Shown here: one piece after another, positions 1 through 9,077 of the stretch
Numbering within the stretch: the first letter of the stretch is position 1
Layout of the letters: the number at the start of each line of letters is the position of its first letter
Virus record (IMG/VR): IMGVR_UViG_3300034283_002790
Span: 96,001-160,000 of that record
DNA from: a virus
Strand: one strand, 5' to 3'
Length of the DNA stretch: 64,000 nt
The notes under the pieces: model-generated
Databases searched by the model: none
The model's input: the letters and a program-made list of their open reading frames with translations, nothing else
What the model was told of the DNA's origin: nothing
Made by a program: the position numbers and the translations under genes

Positions 1-170
1 AATTCTGCAATACCAACAAGAGCCAAATAAGGAAGTAAATTAATGGATGTAAAATTACGAACCATTTCTTCGCTTCCGATTACTTTGTTGAAACCAGAAA
101 AAATTAGCATAAACGAAACAAGTGCGGTTACCAACCACCCTGTGTTTCTAAGTGTTAAATAATTACTCAT
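1..170 (-). CDS. DoxX-like membrane protein (partial, runs off the window start)
   Basis: Manual translation MSNYLTLRNTGWLVTALVSFMLIFSGFNKVIGSEEMVRNF...LVGIAE resembles the DoxX N-terminus; promoter directly upstream. Confidence 0.6.
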   Translation of the reverse strand, partial: MSNYLTLRNTGWLVTALVSFMLIFSGFNKVIGSEEMVRNFTSINLLPYLALVGIAE

Positions 171-174
171 ACAT

Positions 175-206
175 CAAATATAGGAAATTCAAATTAATAA
201 GTCAAA
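175..206 (-). promoter_or_regulatory. Bacteroidota sigma-A promoter
   Basis: Minus strand TTTG-N20-TATATTTG, matching the TTG / TAnnTTTG consensus. Confidence 0.7.
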
Positions 207-236
207 TATCGATCAATAAGAATAAATTTTAATTTT

Positions 237-1805
237 TTAAAATTGAACTGGTTTTCCTGGATTACCAGTTAAACCTTGATCATCAATAAATTTGTCTTTG
301 AGATATTGTCTGAAATCTGGAATACCATAATTTTCAAAACCCCCTCTTGATATGTATTTAAACTCTCCAGTGTCTAATGCTTGTTTTATTAATGAATTAT
401 AATCATTTGAGTTTTTTGCATTGGTAATTTTAGACCAGTCAATAAGACTATCATCACCAAGAACATTCGATATGAAATTCGTATTTTTTTGTGGTGGTGT
501 TTGAATTGAAACCGGTGGTAAATCAAAAATGTCAGGTACATCATTTGGTTTATAGGGACCTCCTTCGTTTTTAGAATACATGTTTGAGTAATCGGACGGA
601 AGTGGTTTTTTTGTTATTGGATCTATTCCTGGTGATACAGTTGAGATCCCAGTTTTATAATCAATGGGTCCCAATAATTCATATCTATAATGAATTGCGG
701 GGGTCAAGGCTTTATCCCCTGAAATGGTACCACCCTTTTTATATCCAGATATGGCAGTTTGTATATCTTCGAACATTTTTTTTTGTAAATTACTATTTAT
801 AACATCTACTGGAATATAAATTGTTACCCCCTGTTTTCCATATTGATATCCACCTGGTTTAAATGCGTCTAATGAGAGATGTCCAGTTCCCCCAACCTTA
901 CCATGTGCTCCATATTTTTCAATTACAGGTGTAAGTGCATCAGTCAAATAAACCAAATCTTTTATGTCTTCACCAAAGACATGAAATTTCCATCCACTAG
1001 AAACCCCAGATCCAGTACGGATCGTTTTCCAACCAAAAGAGTTGTGAATTTTTTCTAATTCTTCTTTTGTGTATTTGTTTAAATATGATTGTGGATCTGT
1101 TGAATCTATATTTGGTAGGTTTTGAGAAATAGGTGAAGATTGTCCTTGAAGTTTTAAAGTGTTTAACTGGAGTTGGGTGTTGTAACAACTTTCTTTAATG
1201 AAATCTTTAAGGTCCGGGGATATAAAACTTTCTTCAACTTTTTTCAAAATAATTGGTAGTTGTATTTCCAAAATGTCAACTGCTCCTTGTGTCATTCGAC
1301 CCTGACTCAAATCAAAATAAGCACTATTAAAAAATTTTTTTACACTATCATGTAATTGCTTATCTATCTTTTCAAGACCTACAATTTTTCTTTCTAATAT
1401 TTTAAAATTTTTATTACCAACTATATCCGCAACATCTTGTAATATCGAATCTGCCTGACTTTTTCCGACAATCGATAATAAATTACTTGCAATTTCACTT
1501 TTGGTACTTCCACCAGTTATTGTTTTAAGATCGTCAAAGGTAAGATTATCACCGACATTTTTTCCAAGTTTTTGAGTTATAAGTTTTGAATTTTTTGCGG
1601 TGTTTAAAATTGAAGTTTCAATCTGACTTGCAATTTCTGACCCTAAAGTTTTAACCATACCTGGAGTTGCACCATCCAAAATTGATAATGCGGTAGGTCC
1701 GGGACCTGGTGTCAACGATTCTTTTATAACTCCAAATCCCATTCCCATAACATTAAAAATCTGGGATATTTTTTCTAATTCTTCGTTAAGTGTTCTTTTT
1801 TTCAC
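237..1805 (-). CDS. Leader-bearing protein with an OspF/SpvC/LanKC-type phosphoSer/Thr lyase-like domain
   Basis: GWKFHV...GKVG...GKQGVTIY...GD...HYRY; N-terminal half paralogous to 1802..3256. Confidence 0.55.
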   Translation of the reverse strand: MKKRTLNEELEKISQIFNVMGMGFGVIKESLTPGPGPTALSILDGATPGMVKTLGSEIASQIETSILNTAKNSKLITQKLGKNVGDNLTFDDLKTITGGSTKSEIASNLLSIVGKSQADSILQDVADIVGNKNFKILERKIVGLEKIDKQLHDSVKKFFNSAYFDLSQGRMTQGAVDILEIQLPIILKKVEESFISPDLKDFIKESCYNTQLQLNTLKLQGQSSPISQNLPNIDSTDPQSYLNKYTKEELEKIHNSFGWKTIRTGSGVSSGWKFHVFGEDIKDLVYLTDALTPVIEKYGAHGKVGGTGHLSLDAFKPGGYQYGKQGVTIYIPVDVINSNLQKKMFEDIQTAISGYKKGGTISGDKALTPAIHYRYELLGPIDYKTGISTVSPGIDPITKKPLPSDYSNMYSKNEGGPYKPNDVPDIFDLPPVSIQTPPQKNTNFISNVLGDDSLIDWSKITNAKNSNDYNSLIKQALDTGEFKYISRGGFENYGIPDFRQYLKDKFIDDQGLTGNPGKPVQF

Positions 1806-3256
1806 AAAAGTTTTTTTATTTTATTTATTTCCCTGTTCAATGATTCATTCATACCAGGAAGTGTATTGATATTATAAAATCCTTTATTTTTCAAATCTTC
1901 CATATCTTTCTTTTGTTTGTCCATCCATGTTTTATAATTATAATCACCCTCTTTGGGCATATCGTACCACTTATCCCATTTGTCTAGTTGTTTTTGTATT
2001 TCTTGAGAATTTTGAAGTTGATTATAATTTAACTGATTTTTTGTGTTTGTTGTCGGTGGCTCTATAGAAAAATCCCAACTAAAGGGACTTGACCATCGTG
2101 GGTCAAAATTTGCCAAATCACTTGGAGGAAGTGACGTATTAATCCTTAAAGTATTATCTTTATATTTTTTAATAATGAAATCTCGAAAATTATCAGTACC
2201 AAACTTTTCGAATCCTGTTATTGGAAAAAGTTCGGCAGCATCTCTGATTGTCGCCTCCTTTTCAATCGGGGACATATCTAAACCTATGCTTTTTAAAAGT
2301 TGAAGTCCGGCACCAATCGATCTGATTATTGTTGTTTCCAACCAATTTTTCAACCCCCACTTTTCAATTGATTCCGCATCTTGAATAATAAGTCTTTGTA
2401 TCCATTCCATAGGGAATGCATCTTCCTTAAATTTAATGTTATTGAAATCAATTAATTCTGGATCGAAACTATTATTCGAAAATGTCGTAGAATAAGTTTT
2501 TAGATTTACTGGGGTATAACTTGGTTTTTCGTGAAAAGTCATGTTGGGCCAGTCGTCAATACTAGGCTCAACATTTTTTACTTGAGGTGTTGAAGAAGGT
2601 GAAAGTTCTTTTGAAAATTTATGAGTATTAATTTGTGTTTGAAAACTATCTAAGACTCTCTCTAAATCTACTTTTAGAGTTTGATCCATTTCGATGGTTT
2701 TTAACTGTTCTTTTAATTTTGGAATTGTAGCCTCCATTACCTCACAAGCAGTTTCAAAAGTCGCCTCATCATCTATACTTTTACTAAATTGTGTCTGTAA
2801 GTCTTGTAAACTTGTTTTCAATGCTTGTTGATTAGTTTTATCAAGTTGTTTAACATAACTTCCTAAAGCAGTTAAATTTTTTGGATTAATTTTATTTAAC
2901 AAAAGATCATCCAAAACTTTTGAACCTTCCGATCCTAGTTCTTTTAAAACCATTTCTGCGGCTGAAGATTTTGTTGTTTGACCATAAAGTGTTTTGATAT
3001 CATCAAAACTTACATTGTCACCAATTTTTTTTCCCATTTTATTCAAAATTAATTCTGAATTTTTTACGGAGGTTAAAATTGAATTTTCAATCTGAGTTGC
3101 AAGTTCTGTACCCAAAGTTTTTACAAGTCCTGTACTTGATGCATCTAACGCACCCAAAATTAATTTATCGCCTGGTCCCACACTTTCATTCAACAAATTT
3201 AATCCAAAACAATTTTTAATTTTTTGAATTTCTTTAATTAGTTTTTTATTATTCAT
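1802..3256 (-). CDS. Hypothetical protein, paralog of 237..1805
   Basis: Shared VKTLG.E.A.QIE.SIL...KNS.LI..K.GK..GDN..FDD.KT block; start moved to MNNKKLIKE after a TATTTAT motif. Confidence 0.7.
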   Translation of the reverse strand: MNNKKLIKEIQKIKNCFGLNLLNESVGPGDKLILGALDASSTGLVKTLGTELATQIENSILTSVKNSELILNKMGKKIGDNVSFDDIKTLYGQTTKSSAAEMVLKELGSEGSKVLDDLLLNKINPKNLTALGSYVKQLDKTNQQALKTSLQDLQTQFSKSIDDEATFETACEVMEATIPKLKEQLKTIEMDQTLKVDLERVLDSFQTQINTHKFSKELSPSSTPQVKNVEPSIDDWPNMTFHEKPSYTPVNLKTYSTTFSNNSFDPELIDFNNIKFKEDAFPMEWIQRLIIQDAESIEKWGLKNWLETTIIRSIGAGLQLLKSIGLDMSPIEKEATIRDAAELFPITGFEKFGTDNFRDFIIKKYKDNTLRINTSLPPSDLANFDPRWSSPFSWDFSIEPPTTNTKNQLNYNQLQNSQEIQKQLDKWDKWYDMPKEGDYNYKTWMDKQKKDMEDLKNKGFYNINTLPGMNESLNREINKIKKLL

Positions 3257-3298
3257 GATAATAAATATTCTGAAATTATTGTTTTTTTTCAATTCATA

Positions 3299-3305
3299 TA
3301 TTTAT
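3299..3305 (+). promoter_or_regulatory. TATTTAT putative phage (late) promoter motif, plus-strand example
   Basis: 15 nt upstream of the ATG at 3321; the motif follows the coding strand. Confidence 0.5.
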
Positions 3306-3320
3306 ATTAAAAAACTTAAT

Positions 3321-3662
3321 ATGAAAAAAATTGTAAGATTAACAGAAGCAGATCTAGTTCGTATTGTTAAACGAGTAATTAAAGAAAATCAAAACGATAT
3401 TCCAACAGAAATTATTGGTTGTGCAACTGAAGTATTATCATTAAATAATCTTGATCCAATTCCTACTTGTAAGGAATTAGGTATGGGGGTTATTACTTCT
3501 AAAAAAATCCCAACTGATTTAGTGAAATTAATGGCTTGTGGTACGGAATTATCTAAATTAAATAAAACACCACAAGATGGAATTAAATTCATGAATTGTG
3601 TTTTGCAAAAAATTAGTACATCACCTCCGGTTATGAATGAAAGACGATCTAGAAGATGGTAA
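3321..3662 (+). CDS. Small protein with MKKIVRLTEADL leader, Cys-containing
   Basis: Leader MKKIVRLTEADLVRIVKRVIKE; start corrected to 3321. Confidence 0.75.
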   Translation: MKKIVRLTEADLVRIVKRVIKENQNDIPTEIIGCATEVLSLNNLDPIPTCKELGMGVITSKKIPTDLVKLMACGTELSKLNKTPQDGIKFMNCVLQKISTSPPVMNERRSRRW

Positions 3663-3956
3663 TTATTGGAAAGACACAGGTAGGTTCTTGATGTCGTTCA
3701 ATGAAATATTTTTTAATTGAAGTGTTCCATGAGATAATTGTGAGAACATCCCAATCTGTTGAAGATACTGAAAGTAATAAAAAAGAAAATCAGGTAAAAC
3801 TCTGTCTAAATATTCTTCACGAACTTTTACCCCAATGTTTTCTTCATTGAAAGATCTAGTTGGGGTTCCCACTGTTTTCTCCGAACCTTTTCTAATTAAC
3901 CAAAAGTCGGCATTTTCAAAATTGAGTTTAAATTCACAAATTGTTCCTAGTGTCAT
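3663..3956 (-). CDS. Small protein resembling a fragment of a type I RM specificity (HsdS) domain
   Basis: LPDFLFYYF...G...NISLNDIKNLPV resembles the HsdS TRD C-terminal motif. Confidence 0.45.
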   Translation of the reverse strand: MTLGTICEFKLNFENADFWLIRKGSEKTVGTPTRSFNEENIGVKVREEYLDRVLPDFLFYYFQYLQQIGMFSQLSHGTLQLKNISLNDIKNLPVSFQ

Positions 3957-4636
3957 ATTTTTATATTTAATTCTAATTTATTCCAATCAACCCCAAAGGT
4001 TGTTAACTCCGAATAATATTCATCTTCTTTAAACTCAATCCAACCCGTTCCTCCAGGATCATCTGCCCATCTTGAACCAAACTCATAAAAAACAAATTTT
4101 GTTACAAGGTCTTCGATGTCATCTGTAAGTTTATTCCACCATCTTTGATTTCTCAAACTTGGGTCAGGAACTTCTAAATAATAACGGTCACAATAAATAT
4201 AACCCCCCTCACCATCAAAAAACACCACAAAGTTATCAATATATTCTTGATTTAAAAATTTTTTAACAATTTTATGATCATCACCTTTAATATTTGATTT
4301 ACCAACGTCATATTTTTCATACTCCGATTCATAAAGAACTTTTTCAAGTATGATTTGATTTAAAAATCTTAACGGTGATTCTGATTTATTAATTTTTAAT
4401 ATTATGTCAGTTCTATCATTTGATTTATTCTCTAGTTTTTTGAGTATATCTGGTAAATAGTCTATGACTATTTCATTTAAAAAATTTCTAACTATGTCTA
4501 TAACTGGAAAAGTTTTTTTTCTATTAAGGTCGAATAATTCCACATCTTCCAAATTATAACCAAAATACATCATGTCAACAATAATTACATCTTCACCAAA
4601 AGAAGATAAATAGGAAAAAAGTGCCTTTCTATTCAC
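3953..4636 (-). CDS. Hypothetical protein
   Basis: 227 aa; start/stop overlap coupling with neighbours. Confidence 0.7.
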   Translation of the reverse strand: MNRKALFSYLSSFGEDVIIVDMMYFGYNLEDVELFDLNRKKTFPVIDIVRNFLNEIVIDYLPDILKKLENKSNDRTDIILKINKSESPLRFLNQIILEKVLYESEYEKYDVGKSNIKGDDHKIVKKFLNQEYIDNFVVFFDGEGGYIYCDRYYLEVPDPSLRNQRWWNKLTDDIEDLVTKFVFYEFGSRWADDPGGTGWIEFKEDEYYSELTTFGVDWNKLELNIKI

Positions 4637-4642
4637 AACTTA

Positions 4643-5755
4643 TTATATTAATCGCCGAAGTTTATTTTGAATTAAAATATATCTTTCGAATAGTTCAGGT
4701 TCAAACAAACTTAAATTTAATTCCTCTATATTATTTGCACTTCGCACTTCTGTACTTCCTTGGCTGTATGGAGAATCAGACCCTTGAGGATTTGGTTTAT
4801 AAACATCAAACACAAGATATGGCCTTTCAAAATTTAACTTTTTAAAACGAACCTCTATTTTTTTGTTCGGGATAGAAATCCAATACCCAAAACCACCCAT
4901 TTCATTTACTTTATTGTAAAGTTCCAAATAATTTTCAAAATCTAAATTTTCATCTAATTTAGATTCTGCGTCCTCTAAGATTTTTTCTAAAGACCATTTA
5001 AATGTACTATTAATAGAAGATATATCTAAATCTTCTATTTGACAATTTACGTTATACTTAAGTTCATCCCAAAACCCAATATCTTTATCAGAATCTAGTT
5101 TTTCGACCCAATATGTCAAAACTTGATCAACATCTTCATTTTCTTTTTGACTCATTCGGTACCATAATAATAAGTTTGCTACTGTTGTACTATATAAATA
5201 ACCATAGTGTTCCTCTTCGATTCCAATCTTTTTGTAAGGATCTTTACACTCGCTAATCATTATATCTTTTACACGTTGTGTAATGCAATCATCCATTTCC
5301 GATCCAAAACTTAAATACATATCTTCAACTTTATCACCATATGTATTGTATAAAAACTCAGAAACTTCAGCATGATCACTAAGACGTAAAGTTGGGTTTG
5401 TTATTTTCAATATCTCAGATAACAAATTAAGATTTTCCGGATCAAAATAGTTTATAATATACCCATCTAACCATTCCTCTTTCCAGGTATATTCATCTGT
5501 TTGGTAATAGTTATAATATGGTGAAAATGCATCTTCATATTCTCGAATATCAGAATCATCCAAACCTAAGGTTTTCAAAAATTTTTCAGTTGAGTCAAAT
5601 CTAATATAAACCTTTGAAAATTTTGGATTTGTTTTATTAAACTCTAGTCTATAAATATAATCTGAGGGATAATTGTAATATGGATCATACCCATTACTCA
5701 CATTTAATAAAAAATTATAGGTATCTCCGTAGTTATTGTTCTCTTCTTCTACCAT
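4643..5755 (-). CDS. Acidic hypothetical protein
   Basis: 370 aa ORF in an operon-like run. Confidence 0.75.
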   Translation of the reverse strand: MVEEENNNYGDTYNFLLNVSNGYDPYYNYPSDYIYRLEFNKTNPKFSKVYIRFDSTEKFLKTLGLDDSDIREYEDAFSPYYNYYQTDEYTWKEEWLDGYIINYFDPENLNLLSEILKITNPTLRLSDHAEVSEFLYNTYGDKVEDMYLSFGSEMDDCITQRVKDIMISECKDPYKKIGIEEEHYGYLYSTTVANLLLWYRMSQKENEDVDQVLTYWVEKLDSDKDIGFWDELKYNVNCQIEDLDISSINSTFKWSLEKILEDAESKLDENLDFENYLELYNKVNEMGGFGYWISIPNKKIEVRFKKLNFERPYLVFDVYKPNPQGSDSPYSQGSTEVRSANNIEELNLSLFEPELFERYILIQNKLRRLI

Positions 5756-6234
5756 TGTATATTAATAAAATCTACTTTTATATTAAATTCATTACAAATT
5801 TTGAATAAAAAACTAGAAATTTCATATTCAACATATTCTTTAAATTCAAAATATGAACTAAAATCATCCAATGGTATATCTCCAGATGCAAAATGGAGTT
5901 CATATCTATCATTATCAGCAAAATATCTTCCTTCAAGTACGACGCAATCCATCATGAACCCAATACTATTATCAATGGTTACTTTATTTGAAGATAGTAC
6001 TTTGAATCTCATTTCGAGTTCATTAGAATCGTTTAAACTAAAAACTTTATCTGTTATAAAATTATTAAAATCCTCAAAATCGTCACCAGAAGACTCCCCT
6101 TTTGTTAAATTGTGTAATTTCTTAAATCCCCCAACAGCATTTGACGCATGAACAACACCATATCTTTGTATTAATTTTTCAATCTCTTGTTTAATACTTT
6201 CATTTTCTAATAATAGTCTAATTTTAGAAATCAT
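5749..6234 (-). CDS. Hypothetical protein with leader and G-x3-AS-x-AVGG module
   Basis: MISKIRLLLENESIK...YGVVHASNAVGGFKKL; TATTTAT at 6240-6246. Confidence 0.7.
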   Translation of the reverse strand: MISKIRLLLENESIKQEIEKLIQRYGVVHASNAVGGFKKLHNLTKGESSGDDFEDFNNFITDKVFSLNDSNELEMRFKVLSSNKVTIDNSIGFMMDCVVLEGRYFADNDRYELHFASGDIPLDDFSSYFEFKEYVEYEISSFLFKICNEFNIKVDFINIQW

Positions 6235-6256
6235 ATTTTATAAATATCATAAAAAT

Positions 6257-6285
6257 AAAAAACCCCATCGAAAAAGATGAGGTTT
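6257..6285 (-). terminator. Intrinsic terminator
   Basis: AAACCTCATC-loop-GATGGGGTT followed by a T tract on the minus strand. Confidence 0.65.
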
Positions 6286-6307
6286 AGTTCGTTGTATGTT
6301 TAATTTA

Positions 6308-6784
6308 TCAAACAGTTGGTCTTTTGGAACCTGTGATAGTACCTGATAAAACAACTTTATCGATTCTTGAATCTGTATATGAAATGGCATCCGATATTCT
6401 CCCTTCTAAAGTACGAATAATTTCATCTTCATGCATTTGGTGTTTTTTATCAATTTCATGAATTGTTTTTTCTATCTCATCTTCATGCCTATGAATCATA
6501 ACTACTTCATCATGAATATGTCGATTAGTTAAATCGATTTCTTTATCAATTCGTTGCATAATAGTTCTTTCCACCAACGTAATTTCTCTGTTAGTCTCGT
6601 CCATAATTCTTCGAACATCTCTTTCTCTTGAATCCATTTCTAATCTTATGTTAGAAATATAATCCTCAAGTGACTTTTGTTGTTTTACCAACCTACTAAT
6701 CTTGACTAAACCTATAACAACTAGAGCGGTCAATGTTACCCCATAAGTCATAAGCATACCCAAAACAAATGATTGTGTTTCCAT
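6308..6784 (-). CDS. Membrane-anchored coiled-coil protein
   Basis: N-terminal hydrophobic helix followed by heptad-rich E/I/H repeats. Confidence 0.65.
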   Translation of the reverse strand: METQSFVLGMLMTYGVTLTALVVIGLVKISRLVKQQKSLEDYISNIRLEMDSRERDVRRIMDETNREITLVERTIMQRIDKEIDLTNRHIHDEVVMIHRHEDEIEKTIHEIDKKHQMHEDEIIRTLEGRISDAISYTDSRIDKVVLSGTITGSKRPTV

Positions 6785-6851
6785 AAATTTTTGTTTTTTT
6801 TTAGTTTATTTTAATTGAAAAATAAAATAAATATGAGATTAGTAAATAGAT

Positions 6852-7253
6852 CTAATTAATATCTATTCTTAAGGTTAACTCTAAATTCATTATTCCATCA
6901 TTATCGAAGAACTCTAAAAAATCTAATTTTGTCCCAGCACCACACTCATTTCCAGTGTTTACTTTGAGTGTTCTTGAATCTATTGGAAAAATACTTGCAT
7001 TTCGTAAATCTCCCATAAATTGTCTCACCTCGGATCCAATACGTAAAGGTTCGAACCCGCAGTCATCACAGTCAAGAGAGACCTGTAAAGTAAACCAAAA
7101 CTCGTGTCCATCAAAATTTTCATAACCCATCCCTATATGGTCTTCCAAATTAAATTTTACTTGTTTATTCATATAGTCACTAAGCAAATTTAATTTAGAT
7201 AAAATTACATATTTTATAACTTTTATTTTTTCTTCAAATTCTTGTCTTTCCAT
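6852..7253 (-). CDS. Hypothetical protein
   Basis: 133 aa; TATTTAT motif upstream. Confidence 0.65.
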   Translation of the reverse strand: MERQEFEEKIKVIKYVILSKLNLLSDYMNKQVKFNLEDHIGMGYENFDGHEFWFTLQVSLDCDDCGFEPLRIGSEVRQFMGDLRNASIFPIDSRTLKVNTGNECGAGTKLDFLEFFDNDGIMNLELTLRIDIN

Positions 7254-7274
7254 TTTTAACTATAAATATCAACC

Positions 7275-7303
7275 AAAAAAAAATCCCCAAAAAATCTGGG
7301 GAT
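7275..7303 (-). terminator. Intrinsic terminator
   Basis: ATCCCCA...TGGGGAT stem with a T tract on the minus strand. Confidence 0.65.
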
Positions 7304-7319
7304 AACCGATTCAAAAATT

Positions 7320-7589
7320 CTATTGTTCAATGAAAACTTTTTCAATACTAGAATCATCAAAATAAATTATTAAAAATTTATTAAATTCCAAATTACACTC
7401 TTGTCCGGTAAGATCAGTAACTTTAATAATGTTCTTCACTGGAGTAGGGAGTGTGTTTGGTTTTTGAGTACACCCCGGTGACTTTATAATCTTGTCATTG
7501 GGTACTACTTCAAAACTTCTAGAACTGGTCTGAGAAAAGTAAAAAGAAGATATACAAATAAAGGATAAAAATAAAATTGGTTTTTTCAT
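7320..7589 (-). CDS. Small secreted protein with a T9SS C-terminal-domain-like tail
   Basis: Sec signal MKKPILFLSFICISSFYFSQ; C-terminus IKVTDLTGQECNLEFNKFLIIYFDDSSIEKVFIEQ; TATATTTG promoter at 7606-7613. Confidence 0.5.
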   Translation of the reverse strand: MKKPILFLSFICISSFYFSQTSSRSFEVVPNDKIIKSPGCTQKPNTLPTPVKNIIKVTDLTGQECNLEFNKFLIIYFDDSSIEKVFIEQ

Positions 7590-7643
7590 TATGTAAAAAT
7601 TTTTACAAATATATGAAAAAATAAATAATAAGTAAAATGTTTT

Positions 7644-8480
7644 TTATTGTGTGGTTCCAATTTTACAGTTTTCTGCACAATATTTCGAAAACTTTACTTT
7701 ATACTGTCGTAAAGGATCTATATTTGTTATGGGTTGTATATCTATATATCCAGTATTTTTATCCATTAAATATTGACAAACCTGACATCCAGACATGTTC
7801 GGAATTCCAGGAATTGTTGGAATATCTCCAGTACCAGGAATTGTTGGAATATCTCCAGTACCAGGAATTTGGATATCTGAACCCAATAAACAAGTAAAAA
7901 TTTGTGATGGGTTGTTTATATTGTCAATCAAACATTTTTTAATTTTTTCACAATCAAGATTTGGAATTTGATTAATTATTTCATTATTTCCTTCTTGGTC
8001 TGTGGGAATTTCATTTTGGTTTTGGTTATTTTCACACTTACATGTTGGACAAAAGGTTGCTTTTGGTAATGAATTTGTGAATTTCAAATTATCACACATC
8101 GCTTTATGAGTTTCGTAACCAACAACCCCATCGGGTGATAATCTATATTTTTGTTGAAATGAGGTCACAGCATCTTTGGTTCTAGTTTTGTAATCACCAT
8201 CACAACTTGGGTATTCAGTATCACATCCCTGTTTCATGCCCCCACCGTAAAAATCACCCCCAAATCCGTTATTTGAAAGTAGGTGTTGAATCATTTTTAC
8301 AATATCTCCTTTTGCACCTACCCCGGCATATTTGTTTTTACAAACAATATCACAAATTTTGTCACCCTGCATTACTAATCCACCTTCATATGCCTCTGAA
8401 ACCACAAATTTTTTGGATGCTAAACTATGTAAATTTAAAATTCTAGATTTTTCTTCTTCAGTTATAATAAATCTTTTCAT
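7644..8480 (-). CDS. Peptidoglycan-binding domain protein, Cys-rich, with leader
   Basis: PG_binding_1-like GDIVKMIQHLL...DGDY...TKDAVTSFQQKYRLSPDGVVGYET. Confidence 0.7.
   Translation of the reverse strand: MKRFIITEEEKSRILNLHSLASKKFVVSEAYEGGLVMQGDKICDIVCKNKYAGVGAKGDIVKMIQHLLSNNGFGGDFYGGGMKQGCDTEYPSCDGDYKTRTKDAVTSFQQKYRLSPDGVVGYETHKAMCDNLKFTNSLPKATFCPTCKCENNQNQNEIPTDQEGNNEIINQIPNLDCEKIKKCLIDNINNPSQIFTCLLGSDIQIPGTGDIPTIPGTGDIPTIPGIPNMSGCQVCQYLMDKNTGYIDIQPITNIDPLRQYKVKFSKYCAENCKIGTTQ
7807..7869. repeat. 27-bp tandem repeat (2 copies plus a partial) encoding GTGDIPTIP
   Basis: ccaggaattgttggaatatctccagta at 7807-7833 and 7834-7860. Confidence 0.9.
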
Positions 8481-8504
8481 AAGATGTTTTTATTTATAAA
8501 TATA

Positions 8505-9077
8505 TCAGAATGATAATAATTTAGGAATAACCTCATTTTCAAAAAAATTTTCAAACATTCCCCTTTTATCATAATTGTCATCCATTAGATTTGTGACGTT
8601 TCTTGTTGTAAAGTCTATATTTGCATCAATAAAATCATAATCAATTAAATTCTGTGATTTATTAGTTACAATAACTCCATGATATTCCATATCATCAAAA
8701 TATAAAGTCCCATATAAATGAATTTGATTATCTTCTTTTTCCTCGTAATCAAAAATAAAAGTAATTTTTGGAAAATTATCAAACGAAGATTCAAAGGACG
8801 TTCCCTCTCTGGGGTCTTCTTCTTTAAAAGAAATGGTTTCAGGTGATAAATCTAAATTTAAAATACTTTTTTCTTCATCATTTAAATTTTTTTCACCATG
8901 AGTTTTTTCTTTTTCTCTAATTCTTTCTTGTTTGGAAAAAAATTCTAAAAACTTTTTTTCATCTATACTTAATGATTCATATCCTTTGTCTGACATTTTA
9001 TCAAGTATAGAATCAATGTAATTTTGATTTTCAACTAACCTTGTAAATTGAGACTCCTTAATTATTATTTTCATCAT
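8505..9077 (-). CDS. Leader-bearing protein with a DUF6576-like motif
   Basis: MKIIIKESQF...LVE; IDSILDKMSDKGYESLSIDEKKFL. Confidence 0.65.
   Translation of the reverse strand: MMKIIIKESQFTRLVENQNYIDSILDKMSDKGYESLSIDEKKFLEFFSKQERIREKEKTHGEKNLNDEEKSILNLDLSPETISFKEEDPREGTSFESSFDNFPKITFIFDYEEKEDNQIHLYGTLYFDDMEYHGVIVTNKSQNLIDYDFIDANIDFTTRNVTNLMDDNYDKRGMFENFFENEVIPKLLSF

Noticed and set aside
7807-7869. 27-bp tandem repeat as a mini-CRISPR or regulatory repeat
   Set aside because: It has no spacers and is an in-frame Pro/Gly linker repeat within a CDS
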